Source: Nitrospirota bacterium (lineage in GTDB: Bacteria; Nitrospirota; Thermodesulfovibrionia; Thermodesulfovibrionales; Dissulfurispiraceae). From it: a DNA stretch of 64,000 bases. Positions 9,141 through 18,955 of the stretch are shown here, piece by piece. The stretch lies in assembly GCA_963790025.1 (NCBI GenBank), contig CAWBMP010000002.1, forward strand, positions 64,001 through 128,000. The letters run 5' to 3'. Numbering within the stretch: the first letter of the stretch is position 1; each line of letters begins with the position of its first letter. The position numbers were made by a program, and so were the translations under genes. The notes under the pieces are model-generated. The model did no database searches. It was given only the letters and a program-made list of their open reading frames with translations, and was not told the origin of the DNA.

Positions 9141-10376
9141 TTATCGCCTTGTCTCATAGCTTGCATCCACTTCTCGAGGTGAGAAATCTATTATCCGGAA
9201 TCCCTTCTGCCCCATGCTGTTAGCCAGATAAACTGTATTCTCCGGATAATCGACAATAAAAACACCAATACCTTTTTCGTCTACGTTCGTTACCCATGCT
9301 ATATTTTGGAGGATATCCTTGACGGCAAAATTGGAGTTCAGGTCAGTAACGCCTTCTACCCTGACTTTGACCTTCTTTGTGATCTCCTTTATGTATAAAC
9401 TTAGCTTATCCAAGACAACAGGGGTAAATTTTTCGGAAAGTGCTTTAAGCCCCTTTGCTGTTGCATCCTCGACATTGTTGGCCATGCCTTTTTCTTCCAT
9501 GAAATCCGCTGCCAGGATTTTCACCTTGCCGGGGCCTTCCTTAGTCACTATCCGATAGGTCAACCTGACAGTCACATTATTGAATGGCATGGAGAGGCCG
9601 TAGCCGATATCCTCTCCTTTTCGCGTCGAAACCGTGTAATCTATTTTCCCTATAACAAGCACGTTCGATAAAAACTTATACATAAGACTTCTGACTGACA
9701 GGAAGCTGTTGCCCTTTATCGCTTTCTCTATTTCGCGCGCATCGGCTGCGTGTGTAGGCGCAATATCGTTAACCGTATAGCCGGCGTCTGCAATCCTGCC
9801 GATAAGGTTTTCGGAAAGAATGTTGGTTTCGTCGTATTCATCACTTGTCAGGATATTGTGTCGCTCTATATTCCTAGTGCCGCTGCTTACAGTGCTGCCA
9901 TATTCCTGAACTACCCTAGGTTTTCTGGTAGGTATAAATACGGCTACGGAATTATTCATGGCCAGAAGAGATGCGGCTTCACGGGCTTTCACCGGTTCGA
10001 CGCAGGCATTGATTTTTACCCACATTACGTCTCTTCTATTTTCCTCTCCGATAAGTTTATAGCTGGAGATTATGCCCCGGATCTGTTTGCTTATCGCATC
10101 GTCAACAAGAACCATATTTTGAACGACACTTTGAGCCTTGACCTCCACACCTGCCACCTGCTCAACAGCTGCCCATTTCGCCCTGGCAATAGCCTCGGTT
10201 TTGGCAGAAGGAATGTCGTCATTATTTATAGCAGCTTCTCCTGTAGAGCCAATGCATTTTGATGAGCATAATCCACTCGATAGAAAGATCGTCATAAAAA
10301 GAACAGAAATTATAATGATTGCTTTAAGAACCATGATTTTCAAGTTGTCTTTCCCCCTATCAGGAATTATCTTCAC
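9141..10376 (-). CDS. Exported protein with FlgT N-terminal-like domain
   Basis: Signal peptide; GEAAI...AKTEAIARAKWAAVEQVAGVEV motif. Confidence 0.6.
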   Translation of the reverse strand: MKIIPDRGKDNLKIMVLKAIIIISVLFMTIFLSSGLCSSKCIGSTGEAAINNDDIPSAKTEAIARAKWAAVEQVAGVEVKAQSVVQNMVLVDDAISKQIRGIISSYKLIGEENRRDVMWVKINACVEPVKAREAASLLAMNNSVAVFIPTRKPRVVQEYGSTVSSGTRNIERHNILTSDEYDETNILSENLIGRIADAGYTVNDIAPTHAADAREIEKAIKGNSFLSVRSLMYKFLSNVLVIGKIDYTVSTRKGEDIGYGLSMPFNNVTVRLTYRIVTKEGPGKVKILAADFMEEKGMANNVEDATAKGLKALSEKFTPVVLDKLSLYIKEITKKVKVRVEGVTDLNSNFAVKDILQNIAWVTNVDEKGIGVFIVDYPENTVYLANSMGQKGFRIIDFSPREVDASYETRR

Positions 10377-10437
10377 CGATGTAATTCTTTCCTTCCCAGC
10401 AATGAAGAATTTCGTGATGCTTACAGATTTTCAGATG

Positions 10438-12042
10438 CTAATAGTTTACAAGTATTCCTAAGTCTCCGTTTGCAGTACTTACATTCTCAACATTTAACCA
10501 GGTCGTACCGGAAAATCGGAAAAAACTTCTATTTCTGTACTTAAGGGTGCGGTCTCTGCATAAAAAGAAAGAGTTGGCACCAGATACCAAAGATAAGGGT
10601 TTTGTTACCCACTCAACGGCAATATTGAAACTTCCGCTCGAAATTGTCGTTGCGGGTATAGTGATTGTTGTTTTCGAACATGAAGTGTGGTTTTTTGAGA
10701 TGATCTGGTTCCGAACAGGGGTAAATATTTCCGTTTCTACAGAAAGATTTTCGCTGAATCCATATAAATTAAACAGCATATCGGAGTCGGTATTGTTTAC
10801 AGCATAAATATCAACCGATGTTATCGTGATCGGATAGGAGGTCGGCGTAAATTTTACCGCCATCGCGGGTCGATGTGTTAAAGACCCATCACCCCATGGA
10901 GATGAACGAGTGCCATTTTCACCCACTGTATAATAGCTGATAGTGCCGCTGATGGATGTATTGCTACTGTCACCTCTGTTTCGCAAGTTTTGCGCAGCAG
11001 CAGTTTCTTTTTTCTGCAAAAGATTGGAGGGTCCGGTTACAGATGAGACAAAAAGCTCCTTATCGAAATCGTAGGTCAACCTATAATGTCCTTCAGTAGT
11101 TTGGGTATCTGCATAGCCACTTGTATTAAATTGATCGATCATGCGTCCCCACTCGCTTTGGCTGATCTTATGCCTTGAGAATATTTCACCAATATCTTTT
11201 TGATACTTTGAAATTTTTGAACTTCTGATTTTACCGTCATCGTCCAGCACAAATAAAAATTTAACATTCTTTTGCCCATCTTGAGAAATCAGCATCCCCC
11301 GGCCTTTATTCTTGTTTAACGAATTCATCTGTCCATCAGCGTTAATGTCAACCCGGGATACGGGAAAAAAATTATCTTTTTCAGCGAGGTCCCGGACACG
11401 TTTGATCACCTCTTCTTTGATAGATTTTCTTTTATCGGGCGATTTTGGTAACCAGTCCCCACCGGCAAGGTCACTAATACTGCCAGCGGGTAAAGATACT
11501 TCTCTTTTCGCGGGGGCTGATGGAGCATTTGCTTTCTGTGGTATCTCTGAAATTTGCTCTCCCAGCAGCTTTTTTGCGAGTCTCTTGCTTGATTTCAACA
11601 GGTCGTCTACTTCGCATTTGCAATCATCTTCTGCTATCATCTCTATCTTTCCTGTCTTTACATTTATAAGCGACAAAGAGAGATAATACGTCTTGCCGAG
11701 CATACTCACAGAACCAGCAACTATCTTACCAACTCCAAGAAGCTGCCCGGCCTCAACTATGCATTGCCCCGATACACAGCCCGACATCTGGAATTTCTGT
11801 TCACCCAATATTTTATTCATATTTCCACGGTCTATTACTTCATACTTGTTGGACAGAACAAGCTCAAGCCTTATACTTTCAGTAAGCGGATGAGAAATCT
11901 TTTTGTCCACATCAACTGCTTCAAGATCAAAGACAGCGATATAATTGTCCATCCTTTTGGCGGGTTTGTCTTCAGCATAAACAGCACCTGTGAAAATAAC
12001 TAGGAATAGCACCAAAAATGTCAAAAGCTTACGCATCGCCAT
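10438..12042 (-). CDS. Exported protein with CsgG/TolB_N-like N-terminal domain
   Basis: Signal peptide; IAVFDL...YEVIDR...GQLLGVGKIVAGSV; beta-rich C-terminus. Confidence 0.6.
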   Translation of the reverse strand: MAMRKLLTFLVLFLVIFTGAVYAEDKPAKRMDNYIAVFDLEAVDVDKKISHPLTESIRLELVLSNKYEVIDRGNMNKILGEQKFQMSGCVSGQCIVEAGQLLGVGKIVAGSVSMLGKTYYLSLSLINVKTGKIEMIAEDDCKCEVDDLLKSSKRLAKKLLGEQISEIPQKANAPSAPAKREVSLPAGSISDLAGGDWLPKSPDKRKSIKEEVIKRVRDLAEKDNFFPVSRVDINADGQMNSLNKNKGRGMLISQDGQKNVKFLFVLDDDGKIRSSKISKYQKDIGEIFSRHKISQSEWGRMIDQFNTSGYADTQTTEGHYRLTYDFDKELFVSSVTGPSNLLQKKETAAAQNLRNRGDSSNTSISGTISYYTVGENGTRSSPWGDGSLTHRPAMAVKFTPTSYPITITSVDIYAVNNTDSDMLFNLYGFSENLSVETEIFTPVRNQIISKNHTSCSKTTITIPATTISSGSFNIAVEWVTKPLSLVSGANSFFLCRDRTLKYRNRSFFRFSGTTWLNVENVSTANGDLGILVNY

Positions 12043-12112
12043 ATTCTCTCCTTCGTCTCGCCGTCAGGAAGTATCATTGTCGGCGTCCCGATGATTCCCA
12101 TCGAATGTTCTC

Positions 12113-12622
12113 CTACTTAAAAAGCCTGGCAGCTTTATCTCTAATCACCTTGCCGATATTCGGCAGTTCGCCTCTTATGATGTCTTTCACTTTGCTATCA
12201 CTACCTATGAAAACAGTCAGGGGCAAGCCAATTACGCCATAATTCTGACCTACCTTGCCGTACGGGTCACTGAGGATAACAGGGTTGTTTACCTTCAGAG
12301 CATCGAGCATCCCGCTGATCGCATCAAAATCCTCTCTATACCCTATTATCACTACCTTTACGCCTTTCTTCTCAAACTCGGGTACGAGAGAATTCAATAC
12401 AGGAAGTTCATCCTTGCAGGGCACGCAGGTGGGGGCAAAGAAATTGACGATAACACCCGTGACCGCCTTTTTCTTCTTAGCTCCGATATAATCGCTCAGA
12501 TAGAAAAAGGAACCATTGCTGTCTCTAAGCGAAAACAGCGGTGCGTCGTCGTTTATCTTGAGTGCTAATGAGGTGGATGCAGAAAGCAGCAAGAGACAGA
12601 GAAATAGAAGAATGGTTTTCAT
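12113..12622 (-). CDS. TlpA-family thiol-disulfide oxidoreductase
   Basis: APLFSL, VNFFAPTCVPCKDELP, GLP motifs. Confidence 0.85.
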   Translation of the reverse strand: MKTILLFLCLLLLSASTSLALKINDDAPLFSLRDSNGSFFYLSDYIGAKKKKAVTGVIVNFFAPTCVPCKDELPVLNSLVPEFEKKGVKVVIIGYREDFDAISGMLDALKVNNPVILSDPYGKVGQNYGVIGLPLTVFIGSDSKVKDIIRGELPNIGKVIRDKAARLFK

Positions 12623-12785
12623 AGAATAAACAATACTATATCCAACTGCACCGACGCAAGGTATTTTTCACACTTTTTTTAGGCTGGATTCACTTTTTTA
12701 GGTGGGCGACAGGACGAGGCCGACATGCTGAATCATCCTATCGGCAACCCTGAATCCGGCGGCAAGAATAGCTGAATGAATGTTT

Positions 12786-12996
12786 GTCTCCGGAGACGTG
12801 TTGGAGACAGTTTTATGTTGAGGCAGTTTCTTTATTTATCAACGAGTTGTGAAAGTGGCTATTTTGTAATTCCTTTATTTATCAAGTAGATGAAAAACGG
12901 AGGGGGTGAGATTCGAATAGAACGGAGCCGACTGCAACTGTTTGATTTCTAAAGCACTTCCACTCGGTAAAACGCCATTGGAGACAGAGTGGAGAC
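12786..12996. repeat. att junction B: copy of tRNA-Ser 3' end (12898-12917) with GGAGAC arm repeats and IHF boxes
   Basis: Core identical to 35698-35717; GGAGAC at 12792, 12803, 12980, 12991; WATCAAN4TTR matches at 12837-12849 (+) and 12935-12947 (-). Confidence 0.9.
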
Positions 12997-13013
12997 AGTG
13001 TTTTTTTGTCATT

Positions 13014-14807
13014 TTAATTAAGATGGCCTACTGCATCATTGGAATATAAAGAAGGGTTAATAATAAAATCTATAGAGCTGCCACATTTTGTTTTATCAAG
13101 AATTGTCCCAAGTCCACAGCGAACACCCTTAGAATTATAGAACCTCCCTGCACTGGCATAGATTTTTACGGTCTCCAATTCCCTTTTAAGCCCATTCCAC
13201 GCAGCCGTCCACGTCATCACTGAGTCTGTTGTGTGCGGGTGCTGGAACACAATCTCTGGCCTCTCTGCTCTTGCTATACCATGAAAATCCTTATTAACTC
13301 TTGCACGCCATCCTTTTGCATTTCCAGACCGAGGATTAAATACCGTCAAATCGTGGCACCCTAAAATCATAACTTTCCCGATGCTATCAATTTCAACAAA
13401 ATGGGATTTCAAATCGGCGAAGCGTACAAGTCCATTCTGTTGATTGGGGGTAGGATATGATTTCCCAATCCAATGAATTGTACCGCTTTTGATGTCAATT
13501 AAAGCCACCAATTCAATATGGAGTTGTCCTATGTAGTTCTGGGTCGTCGATATTTTTTCCTTAAAAGAATCTATGCCAATGGTTACAAAGCGAGTAAACT
13601 TACTCAACTTTATGCTCAATTCTTCAGATAAAATAGCTTTTATGCACTTCTCAGCTTCCAGGATTAGTCTATCTAAAGCCGCCTGGGGTGGATACTTGTT
13701 ATCTCCTACATCCCGCTGTGTCAGCGATGAGGGCCATTCAAATTGAACAAAGCCACCACAAGTAATTAGAAACTGCACTTTTTCCCCTGCTGGCCATTTG
13801 TCGCACACTGCCTCAAGAAGCCTTTTAGCTGTTTTTGAATCTCCGGACCACTCTCCAGCGATTATTACTCTTGCAAAAAAAGGATTGGGGTCTACCTTTA
13901 TTTCAATGCTTGGGCTTTCATTCTTTCCTTTGAGAATTGCCTCGAATGACTCGACATCTGAGGGATTATCGGGATCCATATGGCACCATACATAATCTTT
14001 GGAGAATAACCTTATGGTCGGCTTCAATCCTACCATGACAGGGAGGAAATCCCTAAGAGTATCGTACCATGCGCGCTGCTCATCTCTAAATATCGGAGTA
14101 TTATCTTTCGCATTAATCTGCTGACAAAGAGATAACCATTTAGTCCTGTCAAAATTAATATCGAGGCCATTTGGGTAACAACGCAGAGCTATCTCCCTTG
14201 CCCTTGTGAAATGTTGTGACTCGTCGAACTCAACAATGAATCCGGGGTCGGGAATAAAGAAATCACAGTTCGGAAGAGTTTCAGTCTTTACAAATAGTTT
14301 GTGTCCTCGATAATCTTGAAGACATTCATAAATTCTCCGAATATCTGTAACATATCGTGTAGTCGCAAAAACCTCAGAAGAGGTACCGATATTAAATTTA
14401 TATTGAGTTTCTACTCTTCCATAAATCTTTCTGAGAAAGTTTTCTACAGTTTTTTTGCAGTCAGGACATCTTTCATTATGATATGGCATTTTTGTCATCG
14501 GCTTCTCACGATGGCTGCGCATGTGGGCGGCTCTGCCAACAGATACAGCCGCCATATTTTCTATATCGAAGCCTAGCGCTGTAAGAAAATTATTTGTCTC
14601 TCTTCCCCCATTAAAATATAACGTATCTAGCTCGCTTCCATTGGCAAACTTATTTGCCAGAGAAATAATGTATTTTGGCGGATAAGAGCGTCCATTGAAC
14701 TGCATTCGGTATTTTTTTGATGCATGCCTACTGGGGATTTGGCTTTGTTCCACCTCCTCAATTGCTCTTAAAATATGAGCGCGCGTTATATTATCGGGAA
14801 TAGGCAT
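13014..14807 (-). CDS. Multidomain protein: McrA/McrB-type N-terminal domain, CxxC, PD-(D/E)xK-like nuclease, nitrilase-like C-terminus
   Basis: YPPKYIISLA...FNGG..TNNFL..LGF; CPDC; CDFFIP...IVEFDESQHF...QRAWYD; GKSYP...ILGCHDL. Confidence 0.6.
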   Translation of the reverse strand: MPIPDNITRAHILRAIEEVEQSQIPSRHASKKYRMQFNGRSYPPKYIISLANKFANGSELDTLYFNGGRETNNFLTALGFDIENMAAVSVGRAAHMRSHREKPMTKMPYHNERCPDCKKTVENFLRKIYGRVETQYKFNIGTSSEVFATTRYVTDIRRIYECLQDYRGHKLFVKTETLPNCDFFIPDPGFIVEFDESQHFTRAREIALRCYPNGLDINFDRTKWLSLCQQINAKDNTPIFRDEQRAWYDTLRDFLPVMVGLKPTIRLFSKDYVWCHMDPDNPSDVESFEAILKGKNESPSIEIKVDPNPFFARVIIAGEWSGDSKTAKRLLEAVCDKWPAGEKVQFLITCGGFVQFEWPSSLTQRDVGDNKYPPQAALDRLILEAEKCIKAILSEELSIKLSKFTRFVTIGIDSFKEKISTTQNYIGQLHIELVALIDIKSGTIHWIGKSYPTPNQQNGLVRFADLKSHFVEIDSIGKVMILGCHDLTVFNPRSGNAKGWRARVNKDFHGIARAERPEIVFQHPHTTDSVMTWTAAWNGLKRELETVKIYASAGRFYNSKGVRCGLGTILDKTKCGSSIDFIINPSLYSNDAVGHLN

Positions 14808-14874
14808 TCCTTAGAGTTCCTATGTAATCCGTAACAATTCGATTGCGATTCTTTGCGACAATCATAATCAACAT

Positions 14875-15810
14875 TTATGAATTCTTTTTTATGAGCCAGT
14901 CAGACAGTCCAGAACTTACCACAAGATCAGCAAGCTGTTCTACAAATATCAAATGTATATTATTCTTAGCTGATATCTTCAGTAGTGTTTTGTCAGGCGT
15001 GTGAACAATGTAAAAGAGTTTGGTGAAATCCTTTGTCTGACTGAATCTATTACTGTAATCCTTAAACTCTTTGGCCGTTGAGGAGGATTTTACCTGAACG
15101 AAAATCTTTTCTTTGGTTACCGGAGATATCAAATCAAGATCCAGGTCTTTTTCAGTCTTACCAAGGACACTAACTCTCTGCCAACCGGCATTAGAAAATA
15201 CGAGGTCAACGAGCAATTCGAAATCCTTGGGGGTAAGTTGCTGAATGAGGGGAACAAAATTGTTTTTGAGTGCCTCAAGAGCCTGTTCTGCCTTTACCAC
15301 TTCTATCGGCTTCTTGCCGTTGATCTTGTTGATTATATATTGCTCATCAACAGAACAGATTGTCCCCTGGAATCTTCGAACCTTTGAGAAATTGCCGCTT
15401 ATAGAATCAATTGATAGAGGAGAGCCGTGGATGTCGGTATCGTGCCACTGTCCTATTACCTTTCGTATTTTACTTCCGTCAGATAGTCTTTTAACCCTTT
15501 TTTCGGCAAAGCACCACCATAACCTATTAGCATAAAAAGTAACCCAGAGGGTGTTTTCGTCTGACTCGTAAAAATGCCGTATTTCATTTTTTATCTCGGT
15601 GGCTTTCCCCTTTATCTTGCCTTTATTTTTAAGATAAAAGTCGCGTATCTTTTCCCAGTCACCATTAAGGCAATCCGCATGGTCTGAAGATGCGAAACCA
15701 AGCCTAATTGTATTGTCCTTGGTAATACAATCCTGCTCCCATCGACCTCCGGAGCCCAATTTGATAAAAAAAGCCTTGTTTGGATTAATAGTTGTCATTG
15801 ACGGCACCAT
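14875..15810 (-). CDS. Mrr-like (type IV) restriction endonuclease
   Basis: LTPKDFELLVDLVF..GW...DLDL...FVQVKS (D..QxK). Confidence 0.75.
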   Translation of the reverse strand: MVPSMTTINPNKAFFIKLGSGGRWEQDCITKDNTIRLGFASSDHADCLNGDWEKIRDFYLKNKGKIKGKATEIKNEIRHFYESDENTLWVTFYANRLWWCFAEKRVKRLSDGSKIRKVIGQWHDTDIHGSPLSIDSISGNFSKVRRFQGTICSVDEQYIINKINGKKPIEVVKAEQALEALKNNFVPLIQQLTPKDFELLVDLVFSNAGWQRVSVLGKTEKDLDLDLISPVTKEKIFVQVKSSSTAKEFKDYSNRFSQTKDFTKLFYIVHTPDKTLLKISAKNNIHLIFVEQLADLVVSSGLSDWLIKKNS

Positions 15811-15816
15811 TGTCCT

Positions 15817-16347
15817 TCATAATTCTCTTCTAACTTTTAAATCAAACAACAATTCCAGCAACTCTCCCATCCCAGTTAATTTTCTAAATTGACTTTTGGG
15901 AATTTCACGGATCGCTGGCCGCTCTTTCTTTTCGCCAAGAGCATTCGCTTTCGTATGTTTAGCTATCTTGAAATGATTTAATGAGGGTAGCGGCTTGCCT
16001 GCAGCATCGCCATAGTAGAGATACTTCAAGCTCATTCTGTGGCTTTCTGAAGATTCATGTCGAATTATCCATACCACACAACTGCTTGGTTTCTGAGCCA
16101 ACGCTGTATTAACCTTTTGTGAAGCTGTCTTGCCCTCCGCGCGAGAATTTTTAAGTTGAACATGCCTCAATATATTATTGCATTCAAGGACCAGATCATA
16201 TCCTGAACTATCGATTTCAGAACGCAAAACCTCTACTGTTGATCCGTAGCTAAACCACGCTTCCTGCAGGAGTTCCGAAATGAAGACATGTTCCACGAGC
16301 TGTTCATAAAAGCCCGATTTTACTGAACATAAAGTTTGCTCGTTCAC
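15817..16347 (-). CDS. PD-(D/E)xK nuclease-family protein
   Basis: E...IDSSGYDLV...HVQLK; GTG start with GGAGG RBS. Confidence 0.6.
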   Translation of the reverse strand: MNEQTLCSVKSGFYEQLVEHVFISELLQEAWFSYGSTVEVLRSEIDSSGYDLVLECNNILRHVQLKNSRAEGKTASQKVNTALAQKPSSCVVWIIRHESSESHRMSLKYLYYGDAAGKPLPSLNHFKIAKHTKANALGEKKERPAIREIPKSQFRKLTGMGELLELLFDLKVRREL

Positions 16348-16476
16348 AATTCCACCTCCATTGGGGATAGAGCAAAGTTATATATATGGAATAATAGAAA
16401 AATGAAAGGGTTCCAGCTGATCTTGCGGCAGAAAGTTCACGATCTAAAGAGCGTCGTTGAATCAGCCTTTTTTTCG

Positions 16477-17226
16477 CTACCATATTAATTTGTCTTCCGG
16501 CCAATCCTCGTCAAAACTTGAAAAGATAGCCGCATCCATTACACAAGGGAAAATGTCACATGCATCACAAATTCTTTGGAAGCCGTCCAAAACAAAATTA
16601 TAATAATTCTTATCCGACAATGACGTTGCCGACAATTTAATAGGGAAACCGAAATCGGTCAGCCATTTTGTAATTCTGCTATCAATTGGAATCTCAAACC
16701 GCGTAAGACCGAGAGATTGCAGTAAATTTCTGGACTGCTTGGGACCAAAACCTTTCAGGCTGTCAATAATAATCTCAGCAGATTTTCTTTCTGTTTCAGT
16801 CGTCTGATGCCTAGTCATATCTTCAACTATTCCATGTACGATGTCCCATCCCCCATTTTCTAACCACTTACAGTTGACCTTAACCTCTTCGCCAATAGTT
16901 TTGCCTCTTCTCAATCCTCCGAATGCCGTTATAGTTTTTTCTACAGTATTTTGCAGATCGATAGATCCCATGCATTTCGAATAATTCAAGGGAAACGGAG
17001 CTGTGCAAATAAACTTTGTCACGGGACTATTTGGGCCAGACCGTTGTTGAGTAGTGATTAGGCATGAAATCATGGCTTCCCAGAAAAGTTCTTTGGAAAA
17101 TGGAGGAAGGACTTTATTAACATTCCGTTTGATTCGATTTATAACAAAGGCTTTGTTTTTTTGAATCTCGTAAAATGATTTAACCTTTTGAATATCGTTA
17201 TCCTCAATTTGCCAGACTATTTGCAT
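16477..17226 (-). CDS. HhH-GPD DNA glycosylase/AP lyase, OGG-like
   Basis: HhH LKGFGPKQSRNLL followed by IPIDSRI; no FeS cysteine cluster. Confidence 0.65.
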   Translation of the reverse strand: MQIVWQIEDNDIQKVKSFYEIQKNKAFVINRIKRNVNKVLPPFSKELFWEAMISCLITTQQRSGPNSPVTKFICTAPFPLNYSKCMGSIDLQNTVEKTITAFGGLRRGKTIGEEVKVNCKWLENGGWDIVHGIVEDMTRHQTTETERKSAEIIIDSLKGFGPKQSRNLLQSLGLTRFEIPIDSRITKWLTDFGFPIKLSATSLSDKNYYNFVLDGFQRICDACDIFPCVMDAAIFSSFDEDWPEDKLIW

Positions 17227-17394
17227 AGGTTCCTTTGTGTATAGCCTATATTATTTTTTTTGTATTCGTATAGCACGCTGCTTACTAGTACCGCCTTTGC
17301 CGCGCCGTCGACCAGATAAACTCCGCCGACTATTTTAACAATTCCCATTGCCTTGGTGTGTCACTATTATAGCCCTGCCATTTCCAAATAAGAT

Positions 17395-18861
17395 TTATGC
17401 TTCCTTAAATAATCCATCGAATAAATGATTGTATTTTTCAAGGTACCTGATTTCTGTAACCGGTGCACATCTGTCAATCATGTGAGTGAATTCCTTTCCC
17501 TCAGCGATTTGGGCACTCGCCTCATACTCAATTTTTGTTTCAATGATTTTATTGAAAGCAGCCATATCGTCAGATAGCACCTGCATTAATTTCTCAAATT
17601 CCTCAGTGTCGATAAAGAAATAGTTTGTCAGGTCTTCCAGGCAATCCTTGCACATGCTGCTGACGCGGTCCTTAATTATGGCCTCACCTATATAAAACTT
17701 TTCGAAATGTAGAATAAGCTTAATTATAGTTTTATCTGTTTCACCTATTTCTTTGACTGTATCAGCGATCTGAATGTATGCCTCTTTGAAATTATTTAAA
17801 TACTTATCCAGCTGTGCCATCGACGGATATTCCTCTTTCAGAGCTATTGTCATTAGACAAGATTTTTGCTCAACAACTAAGGTATATCGACCAGCATGAA
17901 TAAGCCAGTCAGCCTTTTTTTTGTCACCTACAGTAATGCGTTCAAATTGTCCTGGATTCAAATAGAATCCGAGCACCTCTTCAATGTATTTTTCATAATA
18001 TTCTCCAAAATTGTTTGTAAATGCTTGCGATTGTATTTTCATGTGCTTATCACGAATTAACCAATAAATACCTTCATAGAATTTCCTTGCCCAAATAAAA
18101 GCATTCGAAATGATATATTTGTTTGTGCTCGTCTTTACAATGGGCTTAAAAAATAAAGGGTTGTTTGGGAAAGATGCACCTCTATAATAATTATAATCGC
18201 CAGTGAAATGACCTATGCAAGATCTAAGATTTTCCTCAGTCAAAACAGGGTAAGATTCCTTCAATTCATCTGATATTGTAAACTTAATCACTGAGGAAAC
18301 CTGTAACACTGAGAAGCCAGCCATCTGCAGTTGAGCAAAGCTCTTTATATCAAATCCGGAAAGCTCAACTAAATCATTGTTTGGCTGTATATGATGCTGA
18401 AAATAATTCCTTGGAATCTCCGATAATAGAATAAAATATCTCAGAAAGTTGTAATACAGCTTACCTCCCCTGATTATCTCCTGATACCAAAATTGCTTTT
18501 GCGTTAGCCCAAGTAATATATGCGCTTTCAAATCCTCGCTCGGGATTTCTTCTTTGCTCTTTGCTGCCAATTCATCCGAAACTTTAGCTGATAGGTTGGC
18601 CAGCTTACAAATGTCTTCAGAAGAAGGCATAAGCGATCTATGGTCGTTTGAACTCTTTATCGCAGCATAAGATAAATCCGCCAGAACCCATGCTGGAATC
18701 CACTGCTCATATTTGCGCTGAAAACCTCCAAGGGGAATATCCCATATTACTTTCTTAAAAAAACCGTTACTTAAGAAAATTTCTCTCGATAGTTCCGCCA
18801 GGCAGTATAAAAGCTCATCCAGTTTGAATTTCTTAATTTCTTTCTCTAATTCTTCTAACAT
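17395..18861 (-). CDS. Large helical protein with C-terminal NERD/PD-(D/E)xK-like nuclease domain
   Basis: FGEYYEKYI...KADWLI...LVVEQKS. Confidence 0.55.
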   Translation of the reverse strand: MLEELEKEIKKFKLDELLYCLAELSREIFLSNGFFKKVIWDIPLGGFQRKYEQWIPAWVLADLSYAAIKSSNDHRSLMPSSEDICKLANLSAKVSDELAAKSKEEIPSEDLKAHILLGLTQKQFWYQEIIRGGKLYYNFLRYFILLSEIPRNYFQHHIQPNNDLVELSGFDIKSFAQLQMAGFSVLQVSSVIKFTISDELKESYPVLTEENLRSCIGHFTGDYNYYRGASFPNNPLFFKPIVKTSTNKYIISNAFIWARKFYEGIYWLIRDKHMKIQSQAFTNNFGEYYEKYIEEVLGFYLNPGQFERITVGDKKKADWLIHAGRYTLVVEQKSCLMTIALKEEYPSMAQLDKYLNNFKEAYIQIADTVKEIGETDKTIIKLILHFEKFYIGEAIIKDRVSSMCKDCLEDLTNYFFIDTEEFEKLMQVLSDDMAAFNKIIETKIEYEASAQIAEGKEFTHMIDRCAPVTEIRYLEKYNHLFDGLFKEA

Positions 18862-18955
18862 GTAATTTTTTATCGAGCGAAACGGTTCCGAGTTGTTCTA
18901 TTGTAATCTATTTGCAGATTTCAGAATAGACTCGTAGACAATCATTTTACGGTAG

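Larger units (their letters stand above)
7689..12917. mobile_element. Degenerate 5.2-kb island between att junctions A and B
   Basis: Bounded by tRNA-Ser 3' repeats; contains an integrase C-terminal remnant. Confidence 0.75.

Noticed and set aside
7620..13000. GGAGAC repeats as a CRISPR array
   Set aside because: Only hexamer pairs, no repeat-spacer periodicity, no cas genes; better explained as integrase arm sites
13014..18861. Integron cassette array downstream of the integrase
   Set aside because: No convincing attC sites (RYYYAAC...GTTRRRY hairpins) between genes, and the integrase does not look like IntI
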